64,000 nucleotides of DNA, from positions 178,810,001-178,874,000 of the forward strand of contig NC_086097.1 of assembly GCF_963921235.1 (NCBI RefSeq), given 5' to 3'. Positions 48,665 to 62,786 of the stretch are shown piece by piece. Below the pieces are notes generated by a model. The model did no database searches. It was given only the letters and a program-made list of their open reading frames with translations, and was not told the origin of the DNA. A program made the position numbers and the translations under genes. The first letter of the stretch is position 1; each line of letters opens with the position of its first letter. Source of the DNA: Mobula hypostoma (taxonomy: Eukaryota).

Positions 48665-51210
48665 CCTCTCCAACCCACACTAGCCCTATAACCCCCACAC
48701 TAACCCTCCCCAACCCACACTAACCCTATACTCCCCAAACTAACCCTCCCCAACCCACACTAGCCCTATAACCCCCACACTAACCCTCCCCAACCCACAC
48801 TAACCCTATACTCCCCAAACTAACCCTCCCCAACCCACACTAACCCTATAACCCCCACACTAACTCTCCCCAACCCACACTAACCCTGCCCAACCCACAC
48901 TAACCCTATTCTTCCCACACTAACCCTCCCCAACCCACACTAACCCTATACTCCCCACACTAACCCTCCCCAACCCACACTAACCCTATACTCCCCACAC
49001 TAACCCTCCCCAACCCACACTAACCCTATACCCCCCACACTAACCCTCCCCAACCCACACTAACCCTATAACCCCCACACTAACTCTCCCCAACCCACAC
49101 TAACCCTGCCCAACCCACACTAACCCTATTCTTCCCACACTAACCCTCCCCAACCCAGACTAACCCTATACTCCCCACACTAACCCTCCCCAACCCACAC
49201 TAACCCTCCCCAACCCACACTAACCCTATACCCCCCACACTAACCCTCCCCAACGCACACTAACCCTCTCCAACCCACACTAGCCCTATAACCCCCACAC
49301 TAACCCTCCCCAACCCACACTAACCCTATACCCCCCACACTAACCCTCCCCAACGCACACTAACCCTCTCCAACCCACACTAGCCCTATAACCCCCACAC
49401 TAACCCTATACTCCCCACACTAACCCTCCCCAACACACACTAACCCTATACTCCCCACACTAACCCTCCCCAACCCACACTAACCCTATACTCCCCACAC
49501 TAACCCTCCCCAATCCACACTAACCCTCCCCAACACACACTAACCCTATACTCCCCACACTAACCCTCCCCAACGCACACTAACCCTCCCCAACACACAC
49601 TAACCCTATACTCCCCACACTAACCCTCCCCAACCCACACTAACCCTATACTCCCCACACTAACCCTCCTCAACCCACACTAACCCTCCCCAACCCACAC
49701 TAACCCTATAACCCCCACACTAAACCTCCCCAACCCACACTAACCCTATAACTCCCACACTAACCCTCCCCAACCCACACTAATCCTATACTCCCCAAAC
49801 TAACCCTCCCCAACCCACAGTAGCCCTATACCCCCCACACTAACCCTCCACTCCCCACACTAACCCTCCCCAATGCACACTAACCCTCTCCAACCCACAC
49901 TAACCCTCCCCAAGCCACACTAACCCTCCACTCCCCACACTAACCTTCCCCAACCCACACTAACCCTCCACTCCACTCACAGCCTCCCCTCCGTTCACAA
50001 CCTCCCCTCCCCACACTAACCCTCCCCTCCCCAACCCACAGTAACCCTACACTCCCCACACTAACCCTATACTCCCCACACTACCCCTCCCCTCCCCACA
50101 CTAACCCTCCACTTCCCACACTAACCCTACACTCACAACCTCCCCACCTCATTCTTACCTTCCTCTCCCCACACTAACCCTTCCCAACCCACACTAACCC
50201 TCCACTCCCCACACTAACCTTCCACTCCCCAGACTAACCCTCCCCAACCCCCACTAACCCTCCTCAACCCACACTAGCCCTCCACGCCCCACACTAACCC
50301 TCCACGCCACTCACAGCCTCCCCTCCGCTCACAACCTCCCCTCCCCACACTAACCCTCCCCTCCCCAACCCACAGTAACCCTACACTCCCCACACTACCC
50401 CTCCCCTCCCCACACTAACCCTCCCCTCCCACACTACCCCTCCACTCCCCACACAAACTCTCCTCTCCCCACACTACCCCTCCCCTCCCCACACTACCCC
50501 TCCCCTCCCACACTACCCCTCCCCTCCCCACACAAACTCTCCTCTCCCCACACTACCCCTCCCCTCCCCACACTACCCCTCCACTCCCCACACAAACTCT
50601 CCTCTCCCCACACTAACCCTCCCCCCCCACACTACCCCTCCCCTCCCCACACTACCCCTCCCCTCCCCACACAAACTCTCCTCTCCCCACACTAACCCTC
50701 CCCTCCCACACTACCCCTCTTCTCCCCACACTACCCCTCCCCTCCCCACACTACCCCTCCCCTCCCCACACAAACTCTCCTCTCCCCACACTAACCTTCC
50801 CCTCCCACACTACCCCTCCCCTCCCACACTACCCCTCCCCTCCCCACACAAACTCTCCTCTCCCCACACTACCCCTCCCCTCCCCACACTACCCCTCCCC
50901 TCCCACACTACCCCTCCACTCCCCACACAAACTCTCCTCTCCCCACACTAACCCTCCCCCCCCACACTACCCCTCCCCTCCCCACACTACCCCTCCCCTC
51001 CCCACACAAACTCTCCTCTCCCCACACTACCCCTCCCCTCCCCACACAAACTCTCCTGTCCCCACACTAACCCTCCCCTCCCACACTACCCCTCCCCTCC
51101 CCACACTACCCCTCCCCTCCCCACACAAACTCTCCTCTCCCCACACTAACCCTGCAGTCACAACCTCCCCACCTCATTCTAACCCTCCTCACTCATCCCC
51201 ACACTAACCC
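48665..51210. repeat. C-rich ~20-bp minisatellite containing telomere-like CTAACCCT
   Basis: Alternating units taaccctccccaacccacac and taaccctatactccccacac in strict 20-bp register to ~49975, then degenerate 19-20-bp units. Confidence 0.96.
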
Positions 51211-51745
51211 ACCACTGATAACATTTTATTCTCCTGACATTCTCATTGACCCACCCAGATTCTACCCCTCACAGACGCACACAAGGGGGAAGTGAAGAGA
51301 GGATGATTTACCTGCTGGGGTGGAGGAGGAAACTGGAACACCTGGAGGAAACCCAGCCAGTTACAGAGAGACAGTGCAACCTCCACACAATCAGCACCCG
51401 AGGTCAGGATTGCACCAAGTTTACTCTGGCCTGGGTTCACTTATCAGTGAGAAGCAATCCCTCCAAAGGAATTGGAATTGATAAATTGGTTATTATTGTT
51501 TCATGTACCGAGATAGAGTGAAGGTGAATAGCGGTGACAGGGTAATGTAGCGGTTAGCATTGAACTATTACAGTGCCAGTGACCCGGGTTCAATCCCACC
51601 GCTGTCTGTACGTTCTCCCCGTGGCCACCGGAAATCCGGCTGGGTGATCCGGTTTCCTCCCACATTCCAAAAACATACAGGTTAGTTGGTTAATTGGTCA
51701 GAAGGACATGTTCCCATGCTGATTCTCTAAATAAAGAGTAATAAA
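51200..51745. mobile_element. Two V-SINE-like copies (minus ~51200-51430, plus ~51530-51745)
   Basis: ggaggaaactggaacacctggaggaaaccc; tagcggttagc...gggttcaatccc A/B boxes and ccggtttcctcccaca. Confidence 0.75.
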
Positions 51746-52054
51746 ATTGAATCGACAAATCGGCAAATTGTTTTATTTTTGTCACACCTACCAAAGCGCA
51801 GTGAAATATTTATCTGGCATAACGTTTACTAAAGATCATTTCATTAAAATAGTGCATTGAGACAGTGCAAGATAAAAGCAGAACAGTGCAGAATAAAGTG
51901 TTACAGCTACAGAGAAAGTGCAGTGCAGCCAGACAGTGAAGTGCTAGGGTGAAAGCGAGGTAAGTCGTCAGTCAGTCAGCTCAGGAGTCCATCTTATCAT
52001 TCTAGGAGACTGTCCAAGAGTCCGTGGAGAGCATCCTCAACCCAGGCAGGAGGT

Positions 52055-52190
52055 ATCTTGATCAAGGGTCTCGGCCCGAGACATCAACTGTTTTCTCTTC
52101 TCGTAGATGCAGCCTGGCCAGCTGAGTTTCTCTGGCATTTTGTGTGTGTTGCTTGGATTTCCAGCGTCTGCAAATTTTTTCATGTTTGTG
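52055..52190 (+). mobile_element. Penelope-like terminal repeat
   Basis: ttgatcaagggtctcggcccgagacatcaactg...gatgcagcctggcc...ttccagcgtctgca. Confidence 0.7.
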
Positions 52191-53143
52191 ATACTTTGGT
52201 TTGTTGTGATTATCCTGCAACAGCCGGGATGCTACCGGAGGGTTAAGGAATGAAATGTCGCTCTCGGACACGGATGGGTTTCTTTTGCTGGCTCAGCCCT
52301 GGTGCTGAACAGCCTTCGACACAGTGTGGAATCAGGACAGCCTGTCTCCTTGTCTCAGCTGCCAGCGCCTTATCTCTGATAACGAAGTGAGTGTTACTGG
52401 ACAGAGGCTCTCCTTTGTGTTGTGGATTCCCCCCATACTCTGCTTGGCTGCAGGTTTTAAGACCATAATACGTAGGAGTAGAATTAGGTCAGTTTGTCCA
52501 TCGAGTCTGCTGCACCATTCGGTCATGGCTGATTTATTTTTCCTCTGAACCCCATTTTCCATCCTCTTCCCCACAACATATGACACACTTGCTAATCAAG
52601 AACATTTTACTATACCTAATAATGTGGCCTCCACACCTATCTGTGGTTGTGAATTCTACGGATTCACCACCCTCTGGCTGTTGTAAAGATATATCCTTCC
52701 ATTCTGAATCTGTGCTCCCAGATCCTAGACCCTCCCACTATCGGAAGCATCCTCTCTATGTCCAGTCTTTACAGGGCTTTCAATAAATAGTAGGTTTAAA
52801 GGAGATCCCATCTCATTCTTCTAATTTCTAGTGAGTACAGGCCCAGAGCCATCAGATGCTCCTCATATGTTAACCCTTTCATTCCTGGAATTCTTTTTCT
52901 TTCATCTGATATTCCCACTCAACACCACACCAAGCGCTTCACCCAGTCGCTCCTCCATAAACTCTGGTCTGCTTCCTCTATTGGTGACAAGCTATCTCTC
53001 TGAACAAGTTGGAATTGGGAACTTGGTTTATTATTGTCACGTGTACGAGGTCGTAAAAAACTTGTCTTGCACGCAGTTCGATTCATGAGAAAATACCCTG
53101 AGGCAGTAGAAGGTAAAACAGTAACGGAGTGCAGAATAAAGCT

Positions 53144-53770
53144 GCACAAGTTGACAGGGTGGTTAGAAGGCATATGGTGTGTTGCCTTTTCAGTCGGAGG
53201 ATTGAGTTCAAGAGCCATGAGGCAGTGTTGCAGCTCTACAACTCTGGTTGGACCACAATTGTGATTGGTTTTGGTCACCTCATTATAGAAAGGATTTGGA
53301 AACTTTAGAAAAGGTGTAGAGGAGAATTACCAGGGTATTGCTTAGATTAAAGAGCATGTCATATGAGGAGAGTCTGAGTGAGCTAGGGCTTTTCTCACAA
53401 GAGAGAAGGAGAATAAGTGGTGGCTTGATAGACGTGTATAAGAAATGTGAACAGCCGGTTGAAATGACTAATACAAGAGGGCATAATTTTAAGGTGACTA
53501 GGGGAGTGTATCGGGAGGATGTCAGAGGTAGTTTTTTTTACATTTAGATTGGTGGGTGTGTGGGACACGATGCCACGGTTGGTGATAGAGGCAGATATGT
53601 TAGAGACACTTAAGAGACTCTTAGCTAGGCACATGGATGAAAGTAAAATGGAGGATTATATGGGAGGAAAGCGTTAAATTGATCTTGGAGAAGGTTAAAG
53701 CGTTGGTACAACAGTGTGGGCCAGAAGGTCCTGTACTATGCTATACTGTTCTATGTTCTATGCATGTTCT
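53144..53770 (+). mobile_element. CR1 3' fragment inserted in a Rex-like 3' UTR
   Basis: ORF 53338..53547 (SYEESLSELGLFS...LIDVYK); (TTCTATG) tail; flanking aagct at 53139-53143 and 53771-53775. Confidence 0.8.
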
Positions 53771-54849
53771 AAGCTTAACAGCTACAGAGAAGTGCAGTGC
53801 AGGTTGACACTAAGCTGTACGTAAGAAAAGGTAAGGAAAGGAGATGTTTGATGTCAGTGGTGTAGCTGGGAGAGCCGCTGCCTCGAGCTCCAGAGACTCC
53901 GTTCAATCCTGAGCGTGGCTGAGGAGTTTGCACATTCTCTGTGTAACTGTGTGGGATCCCTCCAGGTGCTCCTCTTCCTGCCCTCATCCCAAAGACGCGC
54001 AAGTCTGACTAAAAATGTGCCACACGGAAACTGTAGCTGGGAAATAAAAAAGTCTTTTTTCACACAGCAGAGAGAGAATCCAGAAGAATCTCACTCTCCT
54101 GGCCACAAAGTATCAGTTGGAAGTTAACTTATGTACAGGTTTTATTTCCTGAAGACTGGGTTTCATTTTAATTAATCTGTAATCATGCTATCCATAACTC
54201 CCAAACACCAGAATGACCTCGAACAATCATGCCCTGTGAATTGTCCCCTTGGTGTGTGTAAGCAAGGGGTAGAATCTGGGGGGAGTTGAGAATGTAAAGA
54301 GAATAAAAAGAGATGAGTGTAGGGTTAGTGTGGCAGGCGTAAGTTACAGTGAAAATTAGTGTTGAAATATGTTGCTGTGTAAGAAGGCATACACTTGATG
54401 GGCTGAGTGGTCTACTGTAGAGATATGTGTGATCAGTTGGTTATTATGAATAAACTCTGAGCACAGGATGTTGCAACATTAAGAAGTTTAAATCTACGAG
54501 AGGTTTGTGTGCAGAAGTTCATAACGTGGTGTTTAATGGAAAGTGAATGTGCTTCCCAGCCCTTCCCCCTTCCTCCGTTTTCCCTGGAACAGGCTCCCAG
54601 TGAGTAAGGATCTGTGGGAGCAACCAGCCTTCTGGATCCATCAGGTCTGTTCTCAGAGAGCAGAGCAGTGAGCTCAGGGTCCGACAGCCTACCTCAGGAG
54701 CGCACATTTGCTGTGCAGCTGGTCACTCGATATGGGGCAGGACGCTTCTCTGTCTCCGAGCTGGAGAAGTGTCAAGCTCAAAGCTTTTTTTTATTCTTGC
54801 TCTGACTGCAATGTCATCTCACAGTGCCGTGACAAACAGCCACCATCAG

Positions 54850-55554
54850 TCTCTATCCCACCATCTCTTTTTTCTTTCCACACTCCCTCTCTTTATCAGC
54901 TCTCCATATTCATCTTCTCACTTTCCTATTTTTTTCTTGATCTGTCTCTTGTTCTTTCTTCTGTTTCTTTTACCATCTGTCTGTCTCTATCTCTCTTTTC
55001 TAACTTTGCTCTTCCACTCTCTCTCTTCACTCTCCACCCCCTTCCCTCCCTGTCTTACTCTCTATTTCTCTCTCTTTCTCTTTCCCTTTGTCTTCTCTCT
55101 CTCTCACTCATTCTCTCTCTTGCTCCATCACTGTCTTTATCTCTCACTTCCGTTTTCCTTTCTCTCTTCTATCTCCGCTCTTTATTCCTCTTCTATCAGT
55201 CTTTTTACTCTCCATTTTCCCCCTCTTCTTCTTCCCTCATTTTCTCTGTCTCTGTCTTTCTCATTTCAGTTTATCCACTCTCTTCCTACCTCACTCTCCT
55301 TTCACCTTGTCTTTTTTCTCTCTCCCTCTTTATTCAAACCCACATCATCCTTGCCTTTCTTTTTAATTCTCTCTTTCTGCTTTCTATCACTATTTCTCCC
55401 TCAATCACTCACTCCTCTGCTCTTTCACTCTCCTCTCTTTGTCCCTCTCTCTTCTCCCTCTCTCCCTCTGTCTCCCACTCTCTCCTTCTCAGTTTTCTCT
55501 TCTTTTTCTCCTTGCCCGCCTTCCCCGTCTCTCTTTCCCCCCCTCCCTCTCTCC

Positions 55555-55608
<54 letters not shown>

Positions 55609-55675
55609 TCTCTCTCTTCCCATCCCTTCTCTCCCCCTCCCTCTCTGCCTTCCCCTCTCCCTCCCCTCTCCCCCA
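54850..55675. repeat. Polypyrimidine/polypurine tract with perfect (CT)n
   Basis: About 830 bp, strongly C/T-biased on +; (CT)n at ~55560-55604. Confidence 0.93.
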
Positions 55676-56874
55676 GGCATCTCACAGTTCCATGACAAAA
55701 AGCCCCAATCAGGTCCCCTTTAATCTGCCCTGCGATAACCATGGGTGTGAAAAGCACAACAATAACGAGGAAAAATGCCTCATTTTGTTCCTTCAAAGCC
55801 CAACAAATTGGAGTTAACCTGACAGGAAGTGGCTCAATAATTAGATTATTTATTTATTCCTGACACATACTCCCCCTGTTACTGGTCTCAGGAGAGGTAC
55901 TGACGATGCATTGGGCTTTCGAGCTGCCATTACTTTGCTGTTACTCTGTGAACAGAGAAGACTGCCTATCAGTCAATTAAGCCCGGGCGATGGTTGTGAA
56001 GTCCTGAGCAGTTACTGCAAGCACTGAACTATCTAGTAATGCCTTCATCTCTGCGCCGTACATCATTCTCCTTGCTGCAGTATCAATAGAGGCTAGTGAA
56101 GAGAGCAGTGCATTAGAGTATCACAAGAATGTAATAAGGCTGTAAGAATCAGGAGCCGAAGTTGGCCATCCAGCCCCGTGAGCCTGCTCCACCAATTCAT
56201 CAACAGCATAGCTGGTCTATCTCAGCTCCACTTGGTAAATTGGTTCTGAGGTACAGGGAAAACCTTTGTTTTGCATGCCATCCATGCAGATTATTTCATC
56301 ACACTACTGCACTGAAGTAGTACAAGGGAAAAAGTAACAGAATGCAGAATATAATCACAAGTTAATTTCTCCTGCCTCCCCATCTCTCTTTTTCCATTCT
56401 TAATTCTGGTTTCCCTCTCACCCCTTCTCTTCATCTGCCCACCACCTCCCACTGGTGCCCCTCCTTACCTTTCTTACATGGTGACCTGTCCTCTCCTATC
56501 AGATTCCTTCCTTTACCTCTTCCACCTATTACATCCCAGCTTCTTACTTTATTCCCCCTTCCCCCACCCATCTTTCCTAGAGGACAGTGACCAAAACTGA
56601 ACAAAATGTTCCAAAGTACAGCCCCGCCAATGTCCTGTACAACCTGCGACGTAACATCTTAACCTATTCTCAGTTCCTTGTCTAATAAAGGCCAGTGTGC
56701 CAGAAGCCTTTTTCATCACTCTGTGTGCCTGCGATGTCCCTTTCAGGGAACCTGTATACTTGTTCTACCAGGTCCCAGGATTCTACACCACCTCCCAGGA
56801 CATAAGCATTCAGTGTGGGACTTTACCCTGTCTCCATTTGCCTCAGCATTGCTCCCTTAGCATAGACTGATTAC

Positions 56875-58280
56875 AGTTCAGCTTTCAACACCACCATCCA
56901 CTCAGTACTAACCAACAAGCTTCAAGTTCTGGGTCTCTTTACCTTCTTTTACAACTACCTCATCGGAGATGACAGTCAGTGTGGATTGGAAGTGACACCT
57001 CCTCCTTGCTGACAGCCAATGGTCCAAGGATCCATGCTTAGCCCACAACTCTACACTCTCTACACCCATGACGACTGTATGTGGCTAGGTACAGCGCAAA
57101 TGGCATCCATGAATTCACCAGTGACACAAGTGTTGTTGGCAGAATCTGAGATACTGAAGTGAAAGGGTACAGAGGTGAGATACATTGGCTGGCTGAGTGG
57201 TGTCCCAACAACAACCTTGCACTCAACACCAGTAAGACCGAGGGATTGATTGTGGACTTCCGGAAGGGGAAGTCGAGGGAACATACACCGGTCCTCATTG
57301 AGGGATCAGCTTCCTCAAGTTCCTGGGTATCAACATTTCTGAAGATCTATTCTGGACCCAACATATTGATGCAATTGCAAAGAAGGCACGCACGCAGCTA
57401 TATTTCATTAGGAGTTTGAGGAGATTTGGGATGTCACCAAAGGCACCAGCAAATTTCTACAGGTGTACAGTGGAGAGTTCAAAGTATATTTATTATCAAA
57501 GCACATGTATGTCACCATATATAACCCTGAGGTTCATTTTCGTGTGGGCATATTCAATAAATCTAATAACCATAATAGAATCAATGAAAGACCACACCAA
57601 CAGGACAGACAATCGGCGTGCAAAAGATACCAAAGAGTGCAAATACAAAAAGAAAAAAATAATAATAGTAATCATAATAAATAACCAATAAATATCAAGA
57701 ACATGAGATAAAGAGTCCTTGAAAGTGAGTCCATAGGTTGTGGGAACGGTTCAGTGATGGGGGCAAGGGAAGTTATCCCTTTTGGTTCAAGACCCTGATT
57801 CAAGGGCAGTGGTGTTTCCATACTGAGCTGTGATGCAGCCCGCCAACAGACACCCCACCACGGCAGACTCTCTACCCATGGTGGAGCTGGCAGAGTCTAC
57901 AACCCTCTGCAACATTTTCCAGTCCCGTGCACTGGTGCCCCATACCAGACAGTGATGCGACCAGTTTGAGTGGACCTGTCCACGGCCAGCACGCAGGTAC
58001 AATTATGAAGACAGCACGGCAGCACCGCTGCTTCCTTAGAAGTTTGTGAAGATTCGGCAGGACATCTAAAACTTTGAAAAGCTCTGCCAGTTCCATCATG
58101 AGCATCGGCCTCCCCACCATTGAGGATGCCTTTCAAAGGCAAAGCATCAAGAAGGTGGCATCAGTCATAAACAAACCTCACCACCCAGTTCATGCCTCTT
58201 TTTGTACTACCATCCATGAAGAGGTGCAGGAGCCTAAAGAAAACCCACTCAACATTTTAGAACAGCTTCTTCCCCTCCAT
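56875..58280 (+). mobile_element. Rex1/Babar-like RT region with internal minus-strand pieces
   Basis: gctttcaacacc (AFNT); ORF 57159..57419 WC--NNLALNTSKT--LIVDFRK; ORF 57416..57691 NFYRCTVES. Confidence 0.8.
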
Positions 58281-61200
58281 AAGACTATAAGACATAGGAG
58301 CAGAATGAGGCCACTCAGCCCATCAAGTCTGCTCTGCCATTCCATCACGGCTGATCCCTTTCAGCCCCATTCTCCTACCTTCTTCCTGTAACCTTTGACA
58401 CCCTGACTATTCAAGAACCTTTCAACCCCTGCCTTAAATAGACAGAATGACCTGGCCTCCAAAGCCACCTGTGGCAAAGAATTCCACAGATTCATTACCC
58501 ACTGGCTAAAAAAATTCCTCCTTATCTCTGTTCTAAATGGATGTCCCTCTACTCTGATTCTATGCCCTCTGTCCCTAGACTAATCCACCACAGGAAACAT
58601 CCTCCCTACATCCATGGTATCCAGACTTTTCAATATTCAATAGGTTTCAGTGAGCTCCCCCCCCCCCCACCCGACCCATTCTTCGAAGCTCCAGCGAGTA
58701 CAAGTCCAGAGCCGTCAAGCACTCCTCATACTCCTGGAATCATTCACGTGAACCTCCGCTGGAACATCTCCAATGCCAGCACATTTTTTTCTTGGTTAAG
58801 TGGCCCAAAACTGCTCACATTACTCCAGTGAGCAGTGCCTTGCAAAGCTTCAGCATTACATCCTTGCTTTTATATTCTTGTCCTCTCGAAATGAATACTA
58901 ACATTCCATTTGCCTTCCTTACCACTGACTCAGTCTGCAAGGGAATCCTGCACAAGGACTCCAAAATCCCTTTGCACCTCTGATTTTTGAATTCTCTCCC
59001 CATTTAGAAATTAGTCTGTGGTTTTATTTCTTCTATCGAAGCGCATGACCATACACTTCCCTGCACTATATTCCATCTGCCACTTCTTTGCCCGTTCTCC
59101 TAACCTGTTTAAGTCCTTCTGCACGCTCACTGCTTCCTTAACACTACATGTCCATCGACCAATCTACATATCATTTGCAAACTTGACCAAAAAGCTATCA
59201 ATTCCATCATTCAGACCATTCACATGTAACATGAAAAAAAGTGGTCCCAACACCAGACCCTACAAATCACCACTAGGCACTGGCAGCCAACCAGAAAAGG
59301 CTCCTTTATTACCACTCTTTGCCTCCTACCAGTCAGCCAATCTTCTACCCATGTTAGTATCTTTCCTGTAATACCAAGCTGCCTTATGTGTGGCACCTTG
59401 TCAAAGACTTCTAAATCCAACATGCACCGACTCTTCTTTGTCAATAACCATATAGCAATTACAGCACAAAAACAGACCATCTCGGCACTTCTAATCTGTG
59501 CTGAACTCTTACTCTCATCTAGTTCCACCGACCTGCACTCAGCCCATAACCTTCCATTCCTTTCCTGTCCATATATCTATCCAATTTAACTTTAAATGAC
59601 AACGTCGAACCTGCCTCAACCACTTCTGCTGGAAGCTCGTTCCACACAGCTACCCCTCTCTGAGTAAAGAAGTTCCCCCTCATGTTACCCCTAAACTTTT
59701 GCCCTTATAACTCTCAACTCATGTCCTCTTGTTTGAATCTCCCCACTCTCAATGGAAAAAGCCTATCCACATCAACTCTATCAATCCTTCTCATAATTTT
59801 AAACACTTCTATCAAGTCCCCCCTCAACCTTCTATGCTCCAAAGAATAAAGACCTAACTTGTTCAACCTTTCTCTGTAACTTAGGAGATGAAACCCAGGC
59901 AACATTTTAGTAAATCTCCTCTGTACTCTCTCAATTTTATTGACTTCTTTCCTATAATTCGGTGACCAGAACTGTACACAATACTCCAAATTTGGCCTCA
60001 CCAATGCCTTATACAATTTCAACATTACATCCCATCTCCTATACTCAATGCTCTGATTTATAAAGACCAGCATACCAAAAGCTTTCTTCACCACCCTATC
60101 CACATGAGATTCCACCTTCAGGGAACTATGCACCATTATTCCTAGATCCCTCTGTTCTACAGCATTCTTCAGTGCCCTACCATTTACCATGTATGTCCTA
60201 TTTTGATTAGTCCTACCAAAATGTAGTACCTCACATTTTTCAGCATTAAACTCCATCTGCCATCTTTCAGCCCACTCTTCTAACTGGCCTAAATCTCTCT
60301 GCAAGCTTTGAAAACCTACTTCATTATCTACAACGCCACCTATCTTAGTATCATCTGCATACTTACTAATGCAATTTACCACCCCATCATCCAGACCATT
60401 AATATATATGACAAACAACACTGGACCCAGTACAGATCCCTGAGGCACACCACTAGACACCATCCTCCAATCTGACACACAGTTATCCACCACTACTCTC
60501 TGGCGTCTCAATCTTGCCTGTTATTTCGTCAAAGAATTTCCCCTAAGGAATGTATGCTGACATTGGCCTATCTTATCAAGTGCCTCCAAGTACCTTGAAA
60601 TATCATCCTTAGTAATGGACTCCAACATCTTCCCAACCACTGAGGTCAGACTAACTAACCTATAATATCCTCTCTTCCACCTCCCTCCTTTCTTAAAGGT
60701 TGGAATGACATTTGCAATTTTAGAGTCCTCTGGAACCATTCCAGAATCTAATGAGTCTTGAAAGATCATTACTAATGCCTCCAAACTCTCTTCAGCTACC
60801 ACCTTCAGAACACTGGGGGTGGGGGGAGTCCATCAGGTCCAGCTGATTTAACTACCTTCAGACCTTTCATCTTCTCAAGCACCTTCTCCTTCGTAAAAGC
60901 AACAACACTCCTGCCCCCTGACACTTCCGAATTTCAAAATACTTATTCCATTCCTTTGCATTTCTTTGCTCCTCATACTACCTCTCCTACAGCATCATTT
61001 TCCAGCGCTTCAATATCAACTTTAGCCTCTTTTCCTCTTATTCTACAGGTATTTGAAAAAAACTTTTTGTATCCTCTTACGTTATTGGCTAGCTTCATAT
61101 TTCATCTTATCTTTCCTTATGGCTTTTTTAGTTACCTTTTGTTGGTTTTTAAGAGTGTCCCAGTCACTTAACTTTCCACTAATTTTTGCAATATTGTATG

Positions 61201-62170
61201 CCACTCCTTTGCTTTTTTGCTCTTTGACTTCCCTTGTCAGCCACAGTTACCTCATTCTCCCTTTGGAATACTTCTTCATCTTCGCGATGTATCTCTCCTG
61301 CACTTTCCAAATTGTCCCCAGAATCTCCAGCCATTGTTGTTCTGCTGTCATCTATGCTAGTGTTCCCTTCCAATCAACTTTGGCCAGCTCCTCTCTCATG
61401 CCTTTCTAATTCCCTTTTCTCTATAGTAATTCTGATACCTCTGACTTTATCTTCTCCATCTCAAACTGCAGGATGAATTCCATCATATAATGATCACTGC
61501 CTCCTAAGGATTCATTTACCTTAAGTTCCCTAATCAAATCCGGTTCATTACATAACACCCAATCCAGAATTTCCTTTCCCCTAGTGGGCTCTACCATAAA
61601 CTGATCTAAAAAGCCATCTCGTAGGCATTCAACAAATTTCCCTCTCTTGGGATCCAGCACCAACTTACCAGTATATCTGCATATTGAAATTTCTCATGAC
61701 TGTCATAACACTGGCCTTTTTGTATGACTTTCCTTTCTCCCATTGTAACTTGTATCCCACATCCTGGCTACTATTACCAGCAGGGTCTTTTTATCCTTGT
61801 AGTTTCTTAACTCTATCCTTAAGGATTACACATCTTCCTATCCCATGTTTCCTCTTTCTAAGGTTTTCATTTAATTTTTTTACCAACAGAGCCTCCTCAC
61901 CCCCTTGTCTACTTGCCTGTTCTGTTGATACAAGGTGCATCCTCGGATGTTAAGCTCCCGGTTATGAGCTTCTTTCCACCATGACTCAGTGATGCCCATG
62001 ATATTGTACCTGCCCATCTCTAATTGTGCTACAAGATCATCTGCCTTATTCCATATATTATGTGCATAATCATCTGCTTAACCTTCCCCACCGTCGCACT
62101 ACATACTGCATCTATTTTTATACCAACTGCCCCATCCTCAGCCCTATCATTCTGGTTTGCATCCCCCTGC
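58281..62170 (-). mobile_element. Older CR1 LINE (APE endonuclease, RT, 3' UTR), degenerate, split by a younger CR1
   Basis: ORFs 61421..61663 (ILDWVLCN...LGGSDH), 60521..60802 (YRLVSLTSVVGKMLESI), 59220..59528 (FDKVPH) and 58815..59003. Confidence 0.88.
59446..60507 (-). mobile_element. Younger CR1, 5'-truncated, nested in a CR1
   Basis: 265-aa open ORF 59714..60511 ([30 protein letters not shown]); TSD tcaat at 59441-59445 and 60508-60512. Confidence 0.92.
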
Positions 62171-62274
62171 CAATCATCAGATTTCTGAACAGTCCACAAA
62201 CTCATGAATACTACCTCACTATTTTGTTCCCCTTTTGCAATATTTATTTATTAAATATATTCATATTGTAATTA

Positions 62275-62786
62275 TTACTGCACCTGATAAAGTGACTACT
62301 AAGTGTTTGTCCTTGGTCTTCAGCAGCTGTAGCCCATTCACTTCAAGGTTTGTCGTATTGTGCATTCAGAGATGCTCTGTTGCATACTACTGTTGTAACA
62401 CGCGGTTATTTGAGTTACTGTCACTCCCGTGTCAGCTTGCACCAGTCTAGACATTCTCTTCTGACCTCTCTTCAGAACTGGCACTCAATGGATTGTTTTT
62501 GCTTTTCGTGCCATTCTCAGTAAACTCTAGGGACGTCGTACGTGAAAATCCCAGGAGAATCAGCACTTTCTGAGATACTCAAACCACCTCATCTGGCACC
62601 AACAATCAATGCACAGTCAAAGTCATTTCTTCCCCATTCTTATGTTTGGTCTGAACAACAAATGAACCCCTTGACCGTGTCTGCGTGCTCTTGTGCATTG
62701 AGTTGCTGCCGCATGATTGGCTAATTAGATATTTCCTTTATTGAGTAGGTATACAGATGTATCCAATGGTGTGGCCACGGAGTGTT
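62275..62786 (-). mobile_element. Second Tc1-like deleted copy
   Basis: Collinear with 23462-23945 (gtaaactctag, gaaaatcccag, gagttgctgcc-catgattggct); right TIR gtggccacggagtg. Confidence 0.8.

Noticed and set aside
48665..51210. True interstitial telomere or fusion site
   Set aside because: No consecutive (TTAGGG)n; motifs are isolated in a 20-bp period, with no head-to-head inversion
54708..55817. 369-aa and 308-aa Leu/Ser/Phe-rich ORFs
   Set aside because: Stop-poor translation of a polypyrimidine tract
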